From Squalus acanthias (taxonomy: Eukaryota), in contig CM059439.1 of NCBI GenBank assembly GCA_030390025.1, positions 35,960,001 to 36,024,000 on the forward strand: a stretch of DNA of 64,000 bases, in the 5' to 3' direction. Below are positions 38,904-52,800 of this stretch, piece by piece. Numbering within the stretch: the first letter of the stretch is position 1; each line of letters begins with the position of its first letter. Below the pieces are notes generated by a model that did not search any database, had not been told where the DNA came from, and worked only from the letters and a program-made list of their open reading frames with translations. Position numbers and translations under genes: made by a program.

Positions 38904-41353
38904 ACAAAAAATGTTCCTTTACACTAGCTTTTCCACATACAAATGATAAATATTTCCACAGGACATTGCATTCATTCCACCCCACTATGAAAACCCCCCA
39001 AAATTTCCCATAGATTACAGCAGATTTTTGAATCTCACTTACAAACCAAAGGCAGCTTCACCTCAGATTTATGGTAAGGCTAAGAAAATGGAGGAAGTCC
39101 CTTGACATTATTCTATCAATTCTATTTAAATGGACGATTTTTGAATTTCTATCTTGCTACCTAATAATTCTTCCAGATTAAAAAAGTCTCAAGTAAGAAC
39201 AGCTAGAAAGACTCATCTTCCGAAATAGAAACACAGGTTAATGTTTTGTTTCCTACCTTTCATTTGAATAAAATTAACCCAAAGCAACCTTTCTCTTTTA
39301 GATGTCAATGTTCATTTCCACCATTTTTTGTGTTTTTAATTTAGTATTTGTTCAAACACTAATACAACTTATGCAGGACATGAGATTCTAATTCAGATCA
39401 AAACTTTGGTTTAAGCCAAAAGTCAGTCTTGCAAAGTTGACATTCTGAACTTTCCATCTTACTAGATAGCAACTCCCCCCCACCCCCATAACTTTTAATT
39501 CATTAAACCCACGCAACAATTACTACTAACCAAATACACCCTTAAAATGTACAGAACAGTCAAACAATTCAATTTAAAAACTTGCCACTTTATGAACATT
39601 TTATGATATAATGCTTTTTTTAAAAGTCTAATTACCAAGTCTTTTGATTATTGGATCTAAAAGCTATAATTACTCTCCAGCTATGCTGTCCAATAGAACT
39701 GTGTGCCGTCAGTTTAGTTTGGCAATTGCTATGGTTACAGATTCTTAAACTACATATATTGAGCTGCACAATTAATCATTTTTGCTGATGCAATGTGAAT
39801 GCAGAATTTGTGCTTTCTATAGGATACTTCAGGCTTAACTTTCCCATTATGTTGTTCACCATAATGTAATCTGTCAGTTGTTAGGCTATTTCTATCCATT
39901 TAAAAAAATTTTCATTGCAGCATTTCCTCAGATTTCAAAAAGGATACGAGAGGACATCCAGCTAGGAGCTCATTTAAATAATCTATGTGTTACTTTGGAA
40001 CACAATCCTACATAGATTACTGCTCTTAAGCTCGTAATCAGATGACACTATAGACCAGCACGTAATTCCGGAAAAATACTTGGGCAATTATTTAAAATGT
40101 CGACCAAAGGCTTTTGATTTAACTATTTTGTAAGAAAGGGTGAAGAGAAACATTACAAGACAATATCATGCCACGTTACCATTAAAACCTCAGATGGTAG
40201 AATGTCTATCTTGAAGTATCCCCTTTAATCACTATCAGGGTTATTGAACAACACACAAAAAATGGAAGGTGGTGAAGAATTCTAAAATCAAGTATTATGG
40301 ACTGGGATCACCTGATTTGAGAATGCTTTTAATAATTGCATTCTTATACACAGTTCAATAATTGAATGCAGTCAATTTTCTAGAAAGCAACGGTTTCGTG
40401 CCTACCCATGCATAAATGGAACATCAGGACATTTAAAATTCAAAAGAAGTTTAGTGTGGCTTTTGATGCAAAATGAACATAGGATGGACATTATTTCCAC
40501 CCACCCCATTTAGTTTCTTGCATGGTAAATGCTTTATTTATTCCTCTTTAGCTGCAAAGAGGACAAAGGATCATAAGGGCATTGGGTACAAAGATTCTAA
40601 AAATTTGAATGCCGCAAGTTTAAAGAGGTGTGTGCACAAATACAAATGTATTTTGTGCAGCTGTGGCAGCGTCTCCATCAAAAAAAAAATATTGAATATC
40701 AAATGCAAATACTATTTTGCTCAATGCTTTAAACCGACGGCCACAAGGAAGATGTTCTCTTGGCCAACTCAAAAGGTTGTGGGTCGAAAGGTGCCTTCCA
40801 TGTTCCTGTCATTGCAATCCTGGGCTTAACTAGCTTTGCAGTGAGGAATCTGGAAGGTGCTTCACCGTTTCTCAACAAATGCTACTGAATAACATTGTTA
40901 CTGAACAATTTGAAATATTAAAATTTTGAAGATTTTCAATTTGCGTCAACGCTAAGTTTGTTCCAAAAGGGGAGATACACTTCGCAAACATCCCTATATT
41001 TCAACAGATGGATTAGACATGTACAGGTGAGCATAAGCCTTGGGCTTGGCCACTCATGTTACTGTGTTGAAACAAGACCCCAGTAACACTTGCTTTAACT
41101 GGATCTGTCTTCAGTCAAACTTTTTTTTAAAAACTGCATCGCACAAACTAAATAGGAAGACTACATCTACTATGATAGCCTGCTCAGAGGAGGCATATCA
41201 AATGGAGGAACTGTGCACATTTTTAAAGCAGGTACAAGTGAACTGGCAGCCCATCTGTTCAGATTCACCACAAGTCAACCAGTCCCAGACCATTGAACAC
41301 GAGCACAATTGTAACCACTGAAAATACCAAGTGAGTAAATTCTATTGCGGTGG

Positions 41354-41354
41354 T

Positions 41355-41383
<29 letters not shown>
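41354..41383. repeat. Poly-G homopolymer (about 30 nt)
   Basis: Uninterrupted G run. Confidence 0.9.
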
Positions 41384-41386
<3 letters not shown>

Positions 41387-44300
41387 AATTTGGCTTTGTT
41401 CCAAGTCTTTCATTAGATAAGAGTTTAGCTCCGTGACAGACAAAACAAATGCACTTTTTCCCCTAAAACAAATGAGACAGAAACTCTGCCCAGATTGATC
41501 ACACTACCCAGAACCATGTGTGCCTATTTTCTGTTTGGCAACACTTTACTCCATTCCTTAAACCTCCACATGCCTTTTGGGGACTGTTTCAGGAGTAGAC
41601 AGTCTCCCACGCGGGTGAATTCTACAAAGGTCTTTTTCCACTGTTGAGGTTACTGGCGTCAGCAGGGTGGGGTCATAGTTTGGTTACGGCAAACACACCC
41701 TGGACTATTACTACAATTATGGGCCGGATATGGTAGTCGAAGATGGTCGATGGCAGTGCTTCAATTCTTTCCAAAAAATAAGGATCCTGGACATTCCCCA
41801 GGGACAGGACTTACTGGTGTAGTCATTGCAAAAGGCACATCCTCTTTAAAACCTAAATGTTTATCACAGCTGACATGGCAAAGTCCATCCTTTGATGAAT
41901 AGTCTGCTCTGACCCTAGATGTAAAACTTGTGAATAGGGATTTCTTACAAAAAGTCCTGGGGTCATTAAATAAAAATCAGTTAACCTATATATTTGTGAG
42001 ATTCATATTTCATCACACTCCTAGCTACTCCAACCATACACAACTAGCTATGTTATATCCTTTAAAGCTTTGCCCCAAAATACAGCTGGTTACGATGAAT
42101 GGAACAGTGTGAAATACTTTAGTGTTATAAATATTTGCATGTACAGCTAAAAGGTGCACCAGAATTTGCTATAAAACATGCCTATATATGTCATTGTGAA
42201 TTCCTGTTCAAAGCTCACGATGGTTTGTCAGTCAAAATATACCTGCAAACCTTCAAAAACATACCAAATGTTAACATTGGCTCAATTTAAACCAGTAATG
42301 CCCTTTTAAAATAAATATACTCCAACAGCCCATCTGTAGTAACAGAAATAAAAGTTTAAATACTCCAGAAGGAAAACGAGCGACAGGCCCACTATCTGAA
42401 AACAGCATCAGGTTTCCCGAGAATGCCCAGAGGTGGCTTCCAGAACCATTCCTCACAAACTGTACTTTTGAGGTTTAACCCAACAATCACATCATTTCAA
42501 TGTTACATCATTTTAACACAGCTCTCACAATGCTGGTTAAAATGAGACAGTGTGGGAATTATGTGGCTGATCTGACATGTAAGAAATTGTTCTGAGTTGA
42601 CTGCATCACTGAGCGGAGAGGTAGCCATATTGGAAAATGAAGAAGGACGCCTGTTACAAAACATCTTTATTTAAAGTCTGTATAATCTGGGTACTAATTA
42701 TTTACTTTTAATACAAGGAACACTCACTAGGAAGAAGGGATAATTATTTTGGTAACATTCTTATTGAAGCAAAACAAGCAATATTGGTAGCTGGGAAAAG
42801 CAGTTTGAGAGAACTGGTAAAATAGTTCAGAAAAAACCCAGAGATTTTATATATATATATATATATTTTTTATATACAGTATTGCATACATATGACAGCA
42901 GACAGAATATAATAATTCAAACAATGCTCAACTTCAACAGAAATTAATATGGAGCTATTTACTGGATACAATAAGCATGCTCATGTTTTCAGTTTTCAAC
43001 AGTCAATTTTAAAGTTTTAACCCCTGCCCCCTTGTAATGTGCCCTCCAAATGGTATTCTCTATTTAAATAGATATATTTCAGAATGTTACATCTTTACTG
43101 CCTTACCGTGTGTGGCAAGTGTTTCTGATAGGAGGCTGGCATGCATTACTAAGTGCAGTATATCTACTTCACGCATTGTCAGTTCCTTTATTTGTGCTGG
43201 ATTCACTCCTTGGTATCATGCTTGCTAATGAGGCTGAACTCGGCATTTGCTGAATTTTAAGCCCTATATCAGAAGCTCCTGGCAGTATTAACCTTTTGAA
43301 TGGAGACAGTGTTCCAGCCAATCAGAGTGCTGCCTGAGGATCGTATGTTTCTGACGTTGCGGAGGATACTAATAAAGTGCAAGTGCATTACAGCAAGCAG
43401 CAGATATTGGGACCACCACACGAAGCTCTCTCTCTCTCTATATCTAGGAAAGACAGAAGCCGTCCTTCACTCCATACAAAGTTAATGTTTGGAACTAGAT
43501 CAGTCTCTCTGAAATAGAATTTATAAACTTCAATAACCCATCATGTAATAAGGTTTTGCTTCACTCAGATAGAGCCTATCCATCAACACTTTTACTGTTC
43601 AATCTATCCCAACTATTTCCCTTTAAACCGTTTGCTAAGGGTTTTGTTAACCAGCAGCTGAGCACCTCAAAATGAAGACAATTCAGACAAGCCATCTGCA
43701 GTGCAATTTGAAATAATCACTGTGTATTTGAAAAAATAAATTGATGAGACCAATTTTACATGGCTCAATAGTAGCGATCCTTCTTGCCACCCTTTCCCTT
43801 CCCTCCCCCACAACTATTACTGGCAATAGGAAAAAAATTATCCCATCAGCTTTACTGCCCTACTGTTTGGGAATACCATTCAATGTACTAATCCATCAAT
43901 AGATATGGTTCTTCTCACCAGAAGAATAATCTAAAACTATGATCCAATTTCTGCCTTAAGTGTACAGTGCTACTGTAACAAAGAAAAACAGCCACATGTC
44001 TGCATTTGTTTTATCACTTGGTACAAATGTAGTTTGGCACAAATCACAAATGTAAAACAAACCCAAATATCTCAATTATGCAGGAGTTTCAGTTGATGCT
44101 TATTCATTCAAATTATGTAATTAAGTCAGAGCTTCTCTGGAAATGTACTACAGATGGGACATTGCACATTGTTTAATCATAGAATAGAACAGCACAGAAG
44201 GAGGCCATTCGAATCATTTTCATCTTCACTCTCAATTTGGTAGTATGCACTAAATTGCAATTGTAAGCATATAGTAAACATTTAAAGTACAAAACATTAC

Positions 44301-47300
44301 TTAAACCAGCTTTTTGTTCAACTCTTTCACAACAGAAGGAAGGATTCAGTAACATTGGATTTTTAATGGACAGTATTTTTTCCAAATGGTGCAGCTACAC
44401 TGGCATGGAGAAAGCATAGGAAGGCATTCCATAATTTTCACTTTTATTCTGAGAAAGCTAATGAAGGACTGGATTTCTATTTTGTGTTTCCTGCCCTTTT
44501 ATTATAACTATCTTATCCATTGACATTAGGGAAAGGGACACTGTTCTGAGGTCTATAAACAGTGAAGAACATCAGTCAGGGAAAAAAAGTTTAAAGACAT
44601 TGACTTCAAATGTAAAACCATTAACATTTTTCAGACTTGAAATGTTTACATCATTTATGTTTACATAAATGAAGATTTCTAAATTGAATTTACTCTAAAA
44701 AAGGTCGGAGTCACAGGGCTATATTGTTCATAAACCAAATTCAGTCTGCCTCAACTCCCATTACTTTCTCTAGAATAGTTACTGCTACAGGTTGGGTTGA
44801 TTTGGTATAGCAAATCGGTCCAATTATTCTAAAAATCCTTACATCCTTTGGATGCAACCACCACCAAAAATTATGTTCATCTGTAACAGATCAAGTTAGA
44901 TCCCAGTACCCCGAATTGTTCCAAGCTTGGTTTACTGCTCCAATTCTTGGCCTATTGGTAAAACAATGCAGAAGATACTCTATTCTCCCATGTCTGAATC
45001 ATTACAGAATACATGGTCAGATCTCCAGCATTTTCCTTTCCCCCCCCCCCCCCCACCCCCAACTTCAGAATAATTGGCTGTTCTTATATGAAACCCAATT
45101 CTCCACGGTCCATCACAATTACACTTGTTTAACACACACAAAAAAACTCCTCAGTATCATTCCACTTTTACCATCTAATTGAGAAGTCCTGGATATTTAC
45201 TGCAATTCCATCAAGAGAGAGTTGTCAGTCATACAATCATTATGAGCCTAACACAGGAAATGCACAAAGAATATCATAATATGACTCAAGACCTGCAGAA
45301 GAGCTGATGGAACATATACTGTGTGACCGGCAGTCACCCCAAAGATAGTTCATTCTTGCTAGCAGTAGCTATCCGCCTGGCTTAATCCAACAGAGCCCTT
45401 GTGATCAGCTGTTCCGAGGATGGGCCTTTCCTGGCACATAGCTTCTTGCTTTTTGGTTACACCCTCGAAGCATGAAAAGTGCCAGTCCTATTCTGCTGCA
45501 GCTGTCATATAGTAAAGCAGAGTCCTCACCACCCCACAAGCTGGCATTGTTCTGTTTCAATTAGCTGGACGATTATGTTATGGATCAATATTTTCAAAGT
45601 TGGGAAAAATTGAAGTGGGTGGGGGGGAGAAGAGAAACAAGGGTAGCAAATTTGCAGAAGCAGGGAACATAATTGGTAGTATTGAATTTTAACAGTTTGG
45701 TTATTTTACACAGGTTAGACTACAGCTAAACGCAATCTGTGGGCAAAGTGCTTTCAATAGACATATATCTCAAGTCCTGAACCATCTTATTTGTGGATAG
45801 ATAATTATTTGCCAAAATATATGTGGCAAGCAGTTGACTGTTGAGCTAACAGGAGCTTAAACCCTGCTGAGGCCTCCGTATCTGTATAACTGGAACGGCT
45901 TCTGTTTGGAAGGGATGTTTGACAATACTGCTGCTGCAATCACAGTCAAGCATCCTTTCTGCTTTAACAGTATACAGATGAACACTCAGGTAGAAACAAA
46001 GCTCAAATTGCGTAATTGATTAATTCTCGGAGACACTAACAGTTCGGACATAAGTTAGTGTGCTACCAGGGCTGCTAATGTGTCATTGCTTGTATACGCT
46101 ATTACATCGCTATATTGATCTTCACAGATGAAATATAGGATGCCCTTTGCCATTAAAAATTGTTTTTTTTTTATTAACATTAGTAATTGCTGCTACAAAT
46201 AATCCTTGTTTACATTAACACTGAAAGATTAAAATATAGGAAGGCTGCCCCATCATGGTATTGAGTAATAAAAAATGCTATGTTTTAACGTGTACAATGA
46301 GGGTGCATTTGGCCAAATGACAAATACATGAAATACTACAGTATTACAAGCATTCAGTGAGATTTGTTTCAAAATTCTATTAAGAATTTTACAAGGTGCT
46401 AGCAATGTATTCTGCATTGTATTTTTTGTGCCATGGCCTTCCATGTAGGACTTGGTAATTTAACAAGTCAATCACCAGGATTGGCAAAAGAGAATCAACT
46501 GCAGCAGCGCAGTTAAGCAGCACCCTGACAGAACATTAGTACAAAGCTCAGCTGCTTTAAGGAGGCTTGCTGCTGTGACATTATCAGGGGGTTGAGACAT
46601 GACAACCCCCCCCCCCTTTAGTGGCTGTGTAATCTTAGCTGCATAATGTACATGGCCGAGTCCCATCAGGATGTGAAGGCCGGAAAAATACAATATAGGT
46701 AGTGTTAATTCCTATTGCTATGGATCTGGTAACAGTATGCAGATAAAAATAGTGGGAACAAATAGGCCATTGCTCTGTTGCAATTGCATAGCTACTTTTC
46801 ACTCTTGCAGAGGTTTTGGAGAAATATAAAGTAAATATTCCTGACTTTTGCAAGAGTTCTGCTCTGTGTGCCATTGTCTTCTCAAATCGAGGTGACATCA
46901 TTTGCAAGGACTCGGTGATGGCTGTACAACAGCTTCAGAATGCAAATGATATTCCAGCCAGCATTATAGCACCAGTCCCCAAATGGTACTGTGGCTTTAA
47001 TTTTTTTTTTTACAAGAAACACATCATGCTCCTGATTTTCATTCACTTAGATCAATATTGATGCTTTAACAAATATATTTGCAGACGTTAGTTGACACAA
47101 AATGCTCAGGGGCAAGACTGCAAACCAGGGCTGTTGGAATTGAAAGGATTACTAGGCAATGCATTCCTTTAAAAGTGTACATCAACTATTTTTACATTGC
47201 TCTCAACACATCTGCTGCATTAAATCACCAAGTATAAAATAAAAGTTAAAATGGCTGGTTGCATAAATAGCTGTTGTCTCTGTAATCTCACCTAAGAATC

Positions 47301-48802
47301 CCTAGACATTGCAAAGCGATCTCCGGTGATCCAAAGGGAGCAGCAGCCAGAAAGGGGGGGGGGAAAAAGAGAGTCTGGCCAAACTCTTATCATTACAATC
47401 ACATCCAGAAAGTCGCCAGGCTAGCAGGATTTCATGGTCTGTGTGGCACTCTGCTGGGAACAGGCTGGCCAGTGGATCAGGGCAGTGCTGAGTTCACACA
47501 CCGATTATGTATTCAAAGCTCATAAAGCACACTACAGCCAGCTTCCAACAGAAATGACGCCAAGTTCAAGGAGAATCATGTTTCTCTTCAATAAATATTA
47601 AAATGAAACATCTGCAGAAGCTCCTCCCCTCCCCCCCCTCACACCATTGCCCCCAATCCCTATCTGAACACAGTTAGATCCTCACACTCTCCATTGTCTC
47701 CTAATCTGCTGGGACTCTTTGTTTAAAAGTCAGCAGTTCCTTTTTAAAAAAAAAGCACAGTATTAAACTTTTATCTTTTCTTCATTATTAACTCCAAAAG
47801 GACCAGATTCCCTTGGAAACTTTCAAAATTACACCATTCCAGCCCAGACTGCCTACAAAATGGATATTCTGATGGCAAAATTCTTAGAGACAAATCAAAT
47901 TACGTACTATTTTTCAATCATAAATTCTGTGAACAGCAACATTGTAAACTTAACACTATATCGCATTGTCAAAAAGCAAAACCACAATGTTGCAAGGGTC
48001 AATGATGATTATTACACATTTTTTCTAAATATGCCCTGAGAATGCAGTAGAGAGCATTCCTAATTACTAATCTCTTACAAAATTCTTCAGATCTTTGCAC
48101 TATATCAGACTCTCAATTTTCCCCCTACTTCTTCCTCTCCAAAATAAAATAGGGCAATATTAGACTTTAGAAATACTGCTCAGGTCCCAGGAAGCAGCTT
48201 CTTTTTTTCTATCTGCAGGGCTGACATGGCCTACAAAAGAGCTCTTATCGCCTATGCTATTCACACAACTCCCTTGCATGCAAAACTTTCCCTCTCCTGA
48301 CTATGATAACAGGATTGCTGCCATTCTACAGAGACCAGCTTTTACTATTCAAAAGTTTTTTTAAAGACATGGAAAATGTAGGAATGCGACCAAAAATCCC
48401 CCTTTGACGACTGTCTCAATTCAGACACTCAAAATAAATTCAATATTGAAGTCCTTCTTTATAAAGTTTCAGACTGCAGTTATATTAATTCCAGTATGAA
48501 TATTCATTAAACATTGGGTGCTTTTCAGAAAAAAGTGTCAGTGCTATCGTGATTTCAACGTTCAATATGCCAAAAGCTTTTCCAACGAATAAAAGATAAA
48601 AATCAATGTAATGCTCTGAAGAATAAATGGGGAACAGGCCCGACCAGCAATAGGACAGTAAGCTGCAAAGGCTCTGCACAGACCAGTGAAAACACAAAGG
48701 AACAAAGAGGGGGAGCAAACCCCAACAAACTAAGGCTTTAAGTAGCTAAAGAATGAGAGAGAGAATAAACAGACCAAGGTAAAATATGAAGACTTGTGTT
48801 AC

Positions 48803-48908
48803 CTGGAGGGTCCATTTCAATGTAGAATATTAGCTCTGTTGAATAGGGCATCATCACTTCTCTCCAGTCTGCATCAGATTTGTCCATATTCCAAACTGTG
48901 TTGTACAT
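48803..48908 (-). CDS. PIK3R3: PIK3R3 coding exon 1 (p55-specific N-terminus)
   Basis: Translates [35 protein letters not shown]+G, nearly identical to the mammalian p55gamma N-terminus including the YIEM motif. 106 nt; GT donor at 48802-48801; A at -3 of the ATG. Confidence 0.97.
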
Positions 48909-49559
48909 TGTCTACGCAGTATTAATATTTTCTTTTTTTTTTATAAAATGCTATCATACAGCTTACACGTTACAGTATTTCTGAATCCCTGCTTCAGATG
49001 TGCTCTTCAACAAAAAAAAAATCTTTTTGTTGCTGTTAGTGCTGAGTTTAAAGGCTCCTGGTTTCAAGAAAAAAAATTAACAGTCATGGGATGAATGTAG
49101 AAACCAGCTCTACGATTCTGGGCTTACTTAAAACAGAGCCTAGACTTCATTTTAAGAGCTCAAGGGGCTGACCAGTAACCTTTCACATCATAAGGCGGTG
49201 CCAACTGCAGGCAGGGGGACAGGCAGGGGGGTCAACACCATTCTTCCCTTTGAAATAAAACCATTTCTTTTTTTTAAAAAAAGAGATGACTATCTTGCAA
49301 AACAATCAATGCAAAAGGTCCGACCTTGCCGTCCGTTTATTATTTCTGCTCGATATTTTTTTTTAAAGAAATGTTTACATGCACATAAAGCACATGTACT
49401 TAAGCTTCCTCCGTTGTCATTTCCTTTCCCCCCTCCTCCTCCTCCCCTTCGATGAAGCGAGCTGTGGTACAGCCCAATCTTGGTTGCCTGCCAAGGGCTG
49501 GTGCTCTGCTGCACGCAAGCTCTGAATTACACAGCAAATGAGAATAAGATTACTCCAAC

Positions 49560-49830
49560 TGCTGCCAAACTCAGGATCTGCGTCTTTGTCTGCTTTTCAG
49601 AGGCTGCTCAAGTGCACCGTGCCACAGTCTTAACCAACCCCCTCTCAGCAGCTCCTGACAGGCACAGGCTGATTGGCTGTGCAGTTACTAAGAGGGACAA
49701 AGGAAAGGCTGATTTGAAATAGAACAACTGACAGATCTGTCTGCTTAGCTGCAAGGGGGAACCAACAGATGGCTGAAAAGCTGAGTACAGAACTAAACTG
49801 AAGCACCCCCCCACCCCCCACTCCCCACAC
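49560..49830 (-). promoter_or_regulatory. Candidate p55gamma promoter with an NF-Y CCAAT box
   Basis: AGCCAATCAG on the minus strand at 49669-49678, about 760 bp upstream of the ATG, in sequence with no recognisable repeat. Confidence 0.5.
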
Positions 49831-52800
49831 CTCCCCTTCTTTGGTGCTCATTGAATTGTGCTTCCTGCCATTGTGTGAGTGCTGTAAGAATACACATTTA
49901 GGGAACAATTACCCAAACCAAATGACCAAAAATCAATGGCCTATGTTACAGATTGTTCAGGCACCAAGAAACCTTGCTGCTTGCTGCAAAGATATTCAGA
50001 AGACCTTAAATCCCCAGTGAATCCAACCATCGTTAACCCTTTCTTCTACCAGACAAGAACATTTAAGTTGCCACAGAAAACACTAAACCATTTATTGCAG
50101 ACCAGGATATTTTGTAAGCTATCTATTTTACAGAAACTGGTGCATGTGATGTCATTCCTGAATAGATTCGAGAGATTTTATATATGTAATTGACTGCTTC
50201 GCTTCATAGGCTTCAGTTAAAATGGAGAAGCCTACCAATCTATTTTTAGCATTAGATGAAGTATAGAATATTAACTATTTCACTGACAACCCTTGATGTT
50301 AATACTTTTTTATATGAAAATAAAATCTTTATGTACTCCTAGCTGAGAATCAGCTTTTAAATTTTAGTTACTGCTTTAATCTTTCCCCCCCCACCCCCCC
50401 CCGTCACACAAAGAAAAAAGTACCAGCATAAGTGGTCCTTGTGCAGAGAAAAATGTTTAAAAAGAGAAAAAATACAGTTGTGTTTGCTTGTTGATAGTAT
50501 TCTACAATGGTGATCACAACCATTAACGGCATGCTCCTTTCACAAAATACCTCCAGTACCATGTTAATCTATATTTAGATTTGCATTACTGTCATTCTTT
50601 GCTTTGTGCAGTCAATAAAATTTCACATCTGTGAATAAAATCCACAGAAAGCAGCTATAGTTCAGCAAAAACTTTTAACTGTTTTGTTTACAAGCGAGTG
50701 ACATAAGAAGCTGGTAAAATTTCACAGCAGCCATCTTGTCAGGGACTGTACGCTAGAAGTTGTATACAAAGAGAGAACTTAGCCATTAAAATCGTACATC
50801 CCTTCAGCAGGCCCACTTATCACAACCAGACTATGCTAGTACTTAATATGCAGTTCAGCATTGTCAAAACTGGAAAATAACCCCTTTTTTAGCCAGAGCT
50901 AAAACAAATATACAGTTTTATAAGTTCAAAAAAGAAAGAATTTACACGATATATTTTATGATTTTAAAGCAACATTAGTTCTAAACTTCGGATTGAACTC
51001 ACTGCATGTAGAGGACCAAGAGAGTTTAGGTTGCAAACTGGACATATGATCAGTCTTGCTAATGCCTCAGACATTGATTCTCATCAACCAAACTCACTTG
51101 TTTAACTCTGAAGTGGGCCAAAAACAGCTTAAAACTGGGTTATATTTTCCTGTGAGCTTTAGGTACAGTGTGTCACATTAACCTTTACACTCAGCTGGAA
51201 ACTGAATTCACAAATGAAGGTTTGATATTTCTCAGTGTATCCACTAGGTGGAGTATCTGATCACTGACTTGTCACCATCCATTGTGGCTCAAAGATTGTG
51301 CATGATGGCTCCTGAGCCACAAGGGTGACATTAAGAAAGAAATCTAGCAGTCTACCGATCTCTTCCTTGCAAGCTGAAGAAAGAATGGCTATGGTACAAA
51401 TTGGAACAAACTACTGATGGTAGATGGTAGATCTGTTGGAAAACATCTTTGAAAATAGTCTGCTCAATCTTGAACTGCTTAAATTCTTCAAAGCCAGTGT
51501 TTCTTAAATGAATACAGCAATCACAATTCTCTGCCATTTTAGATACTGTCAGCTCTATTGACAAGCATACCATAACTGCTCGCTACGCCTGAAGGATCAC
51601 TGACCCTCTAAGTTAGTTTACTGTGAAATGCATCTACTTTTCCCCCTAGAAATGTTACTTGACAGTCCTACGAGACAGCCTTGGACTCTACCGCTTCCTT
51701 TTAATATTGGTTTTCTTAGATAAACAGCATGACAGCTCAAAGTTTGAAATGGAGTTTCAAAAAAACCAACATGTTCTTGTGAGCTCTAAAGTACATCTCG
51801 TTCTGGACCTCATAAAATATAATTGTTGTAACACAAAGCTCCGATGAAGGCTATCTGAGCAGCAGTATCCCATTTCTAATCATCTACATGTCAATTTCAG
51901 AGGTTCAAATCGAAGCTAACCAGTATTTTCTGTATCATCATTTAGAAGTGGGACTGTTAGAAAATAAATGAGCACAAAGAAATATAAATTAATTTTTAAA
52001 AAATTGGATATGGATAATTAGGGCAATTCAGTCTGGGTGCAACACGAAAGACCTGGATATATTCTCCAAACATAGCTTATGACTTTAATTTTTTTTAAGT
52101 CTTCATCTGCAGCATTCTACGAGACAATGAGGAAAACTAATTTTATATGTATTGATGAGGATGCAGAAATGCTGCGCTGTTGGGTTAATAACGAGGACCG
52201 ATGTGATTTCTCTGATGTACTCATTGCATTAGCCCTGAATTGCTTCAGGGAGTTATGGAAATCCCTGGTTCTCGCTGCTGCATACTTAGGTTCACACCAG
52301 CTTTAACCAACATGGTGATGTCATGCTTAGTTGCAATGTGACCTGCTCTCCTCGCCTGATGCAACATTCTACCAACCGTTTCAAGCAAGTCATTCTTATT
52401 CCAAGCTATTATCAGCTGCAAGCACTATCCTACCTCCACTGAGAGGAATGAATTAGGTTTTGTTCTTCTGAAGCAAAGAAAGGCAAATATAACTTATATC
52501 TTCGTTCTGTTCCTTTTCTTATTAGAGCTGGTTGCATTACAAGCAGTATAATTCTGACAGGTTTTAATATTTTGCTTCTGTTCTATTTATATACTATTTT
52601 CCCCTTCTAATAATTCTCACCCGTACAGATTTTGCAGGTTGCATTAATGCCATCCCATTTCTTTCTGCTGCTGGACAAATGTTCTCATACTACCAAATTG
52701 CTAACCTCAGTGATGTCCTGGACTACGATGGCATGGTTTCTCAATTCTAAATAAAGCAACATGAAGTGAGAAGCCTGGGATTCAGGATTAGTCCCAAATT

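Noticed and set aside
51352-51573. 73-aa minus-strand ORF upstream of the promoter
   Set aside because: No recognisable homology or splice link; length is within chance expectation.
52621-52644. ATGCAACCTGCAAA resembling the p50alpha first exon (MHNLQ) of PIK3R1, with a GTGAGA donor
   Set aside because: The ATG frame ends in phase 0, incompatible with exon 2 (phase 1). The phase-1 frame has a stop and no ATG.
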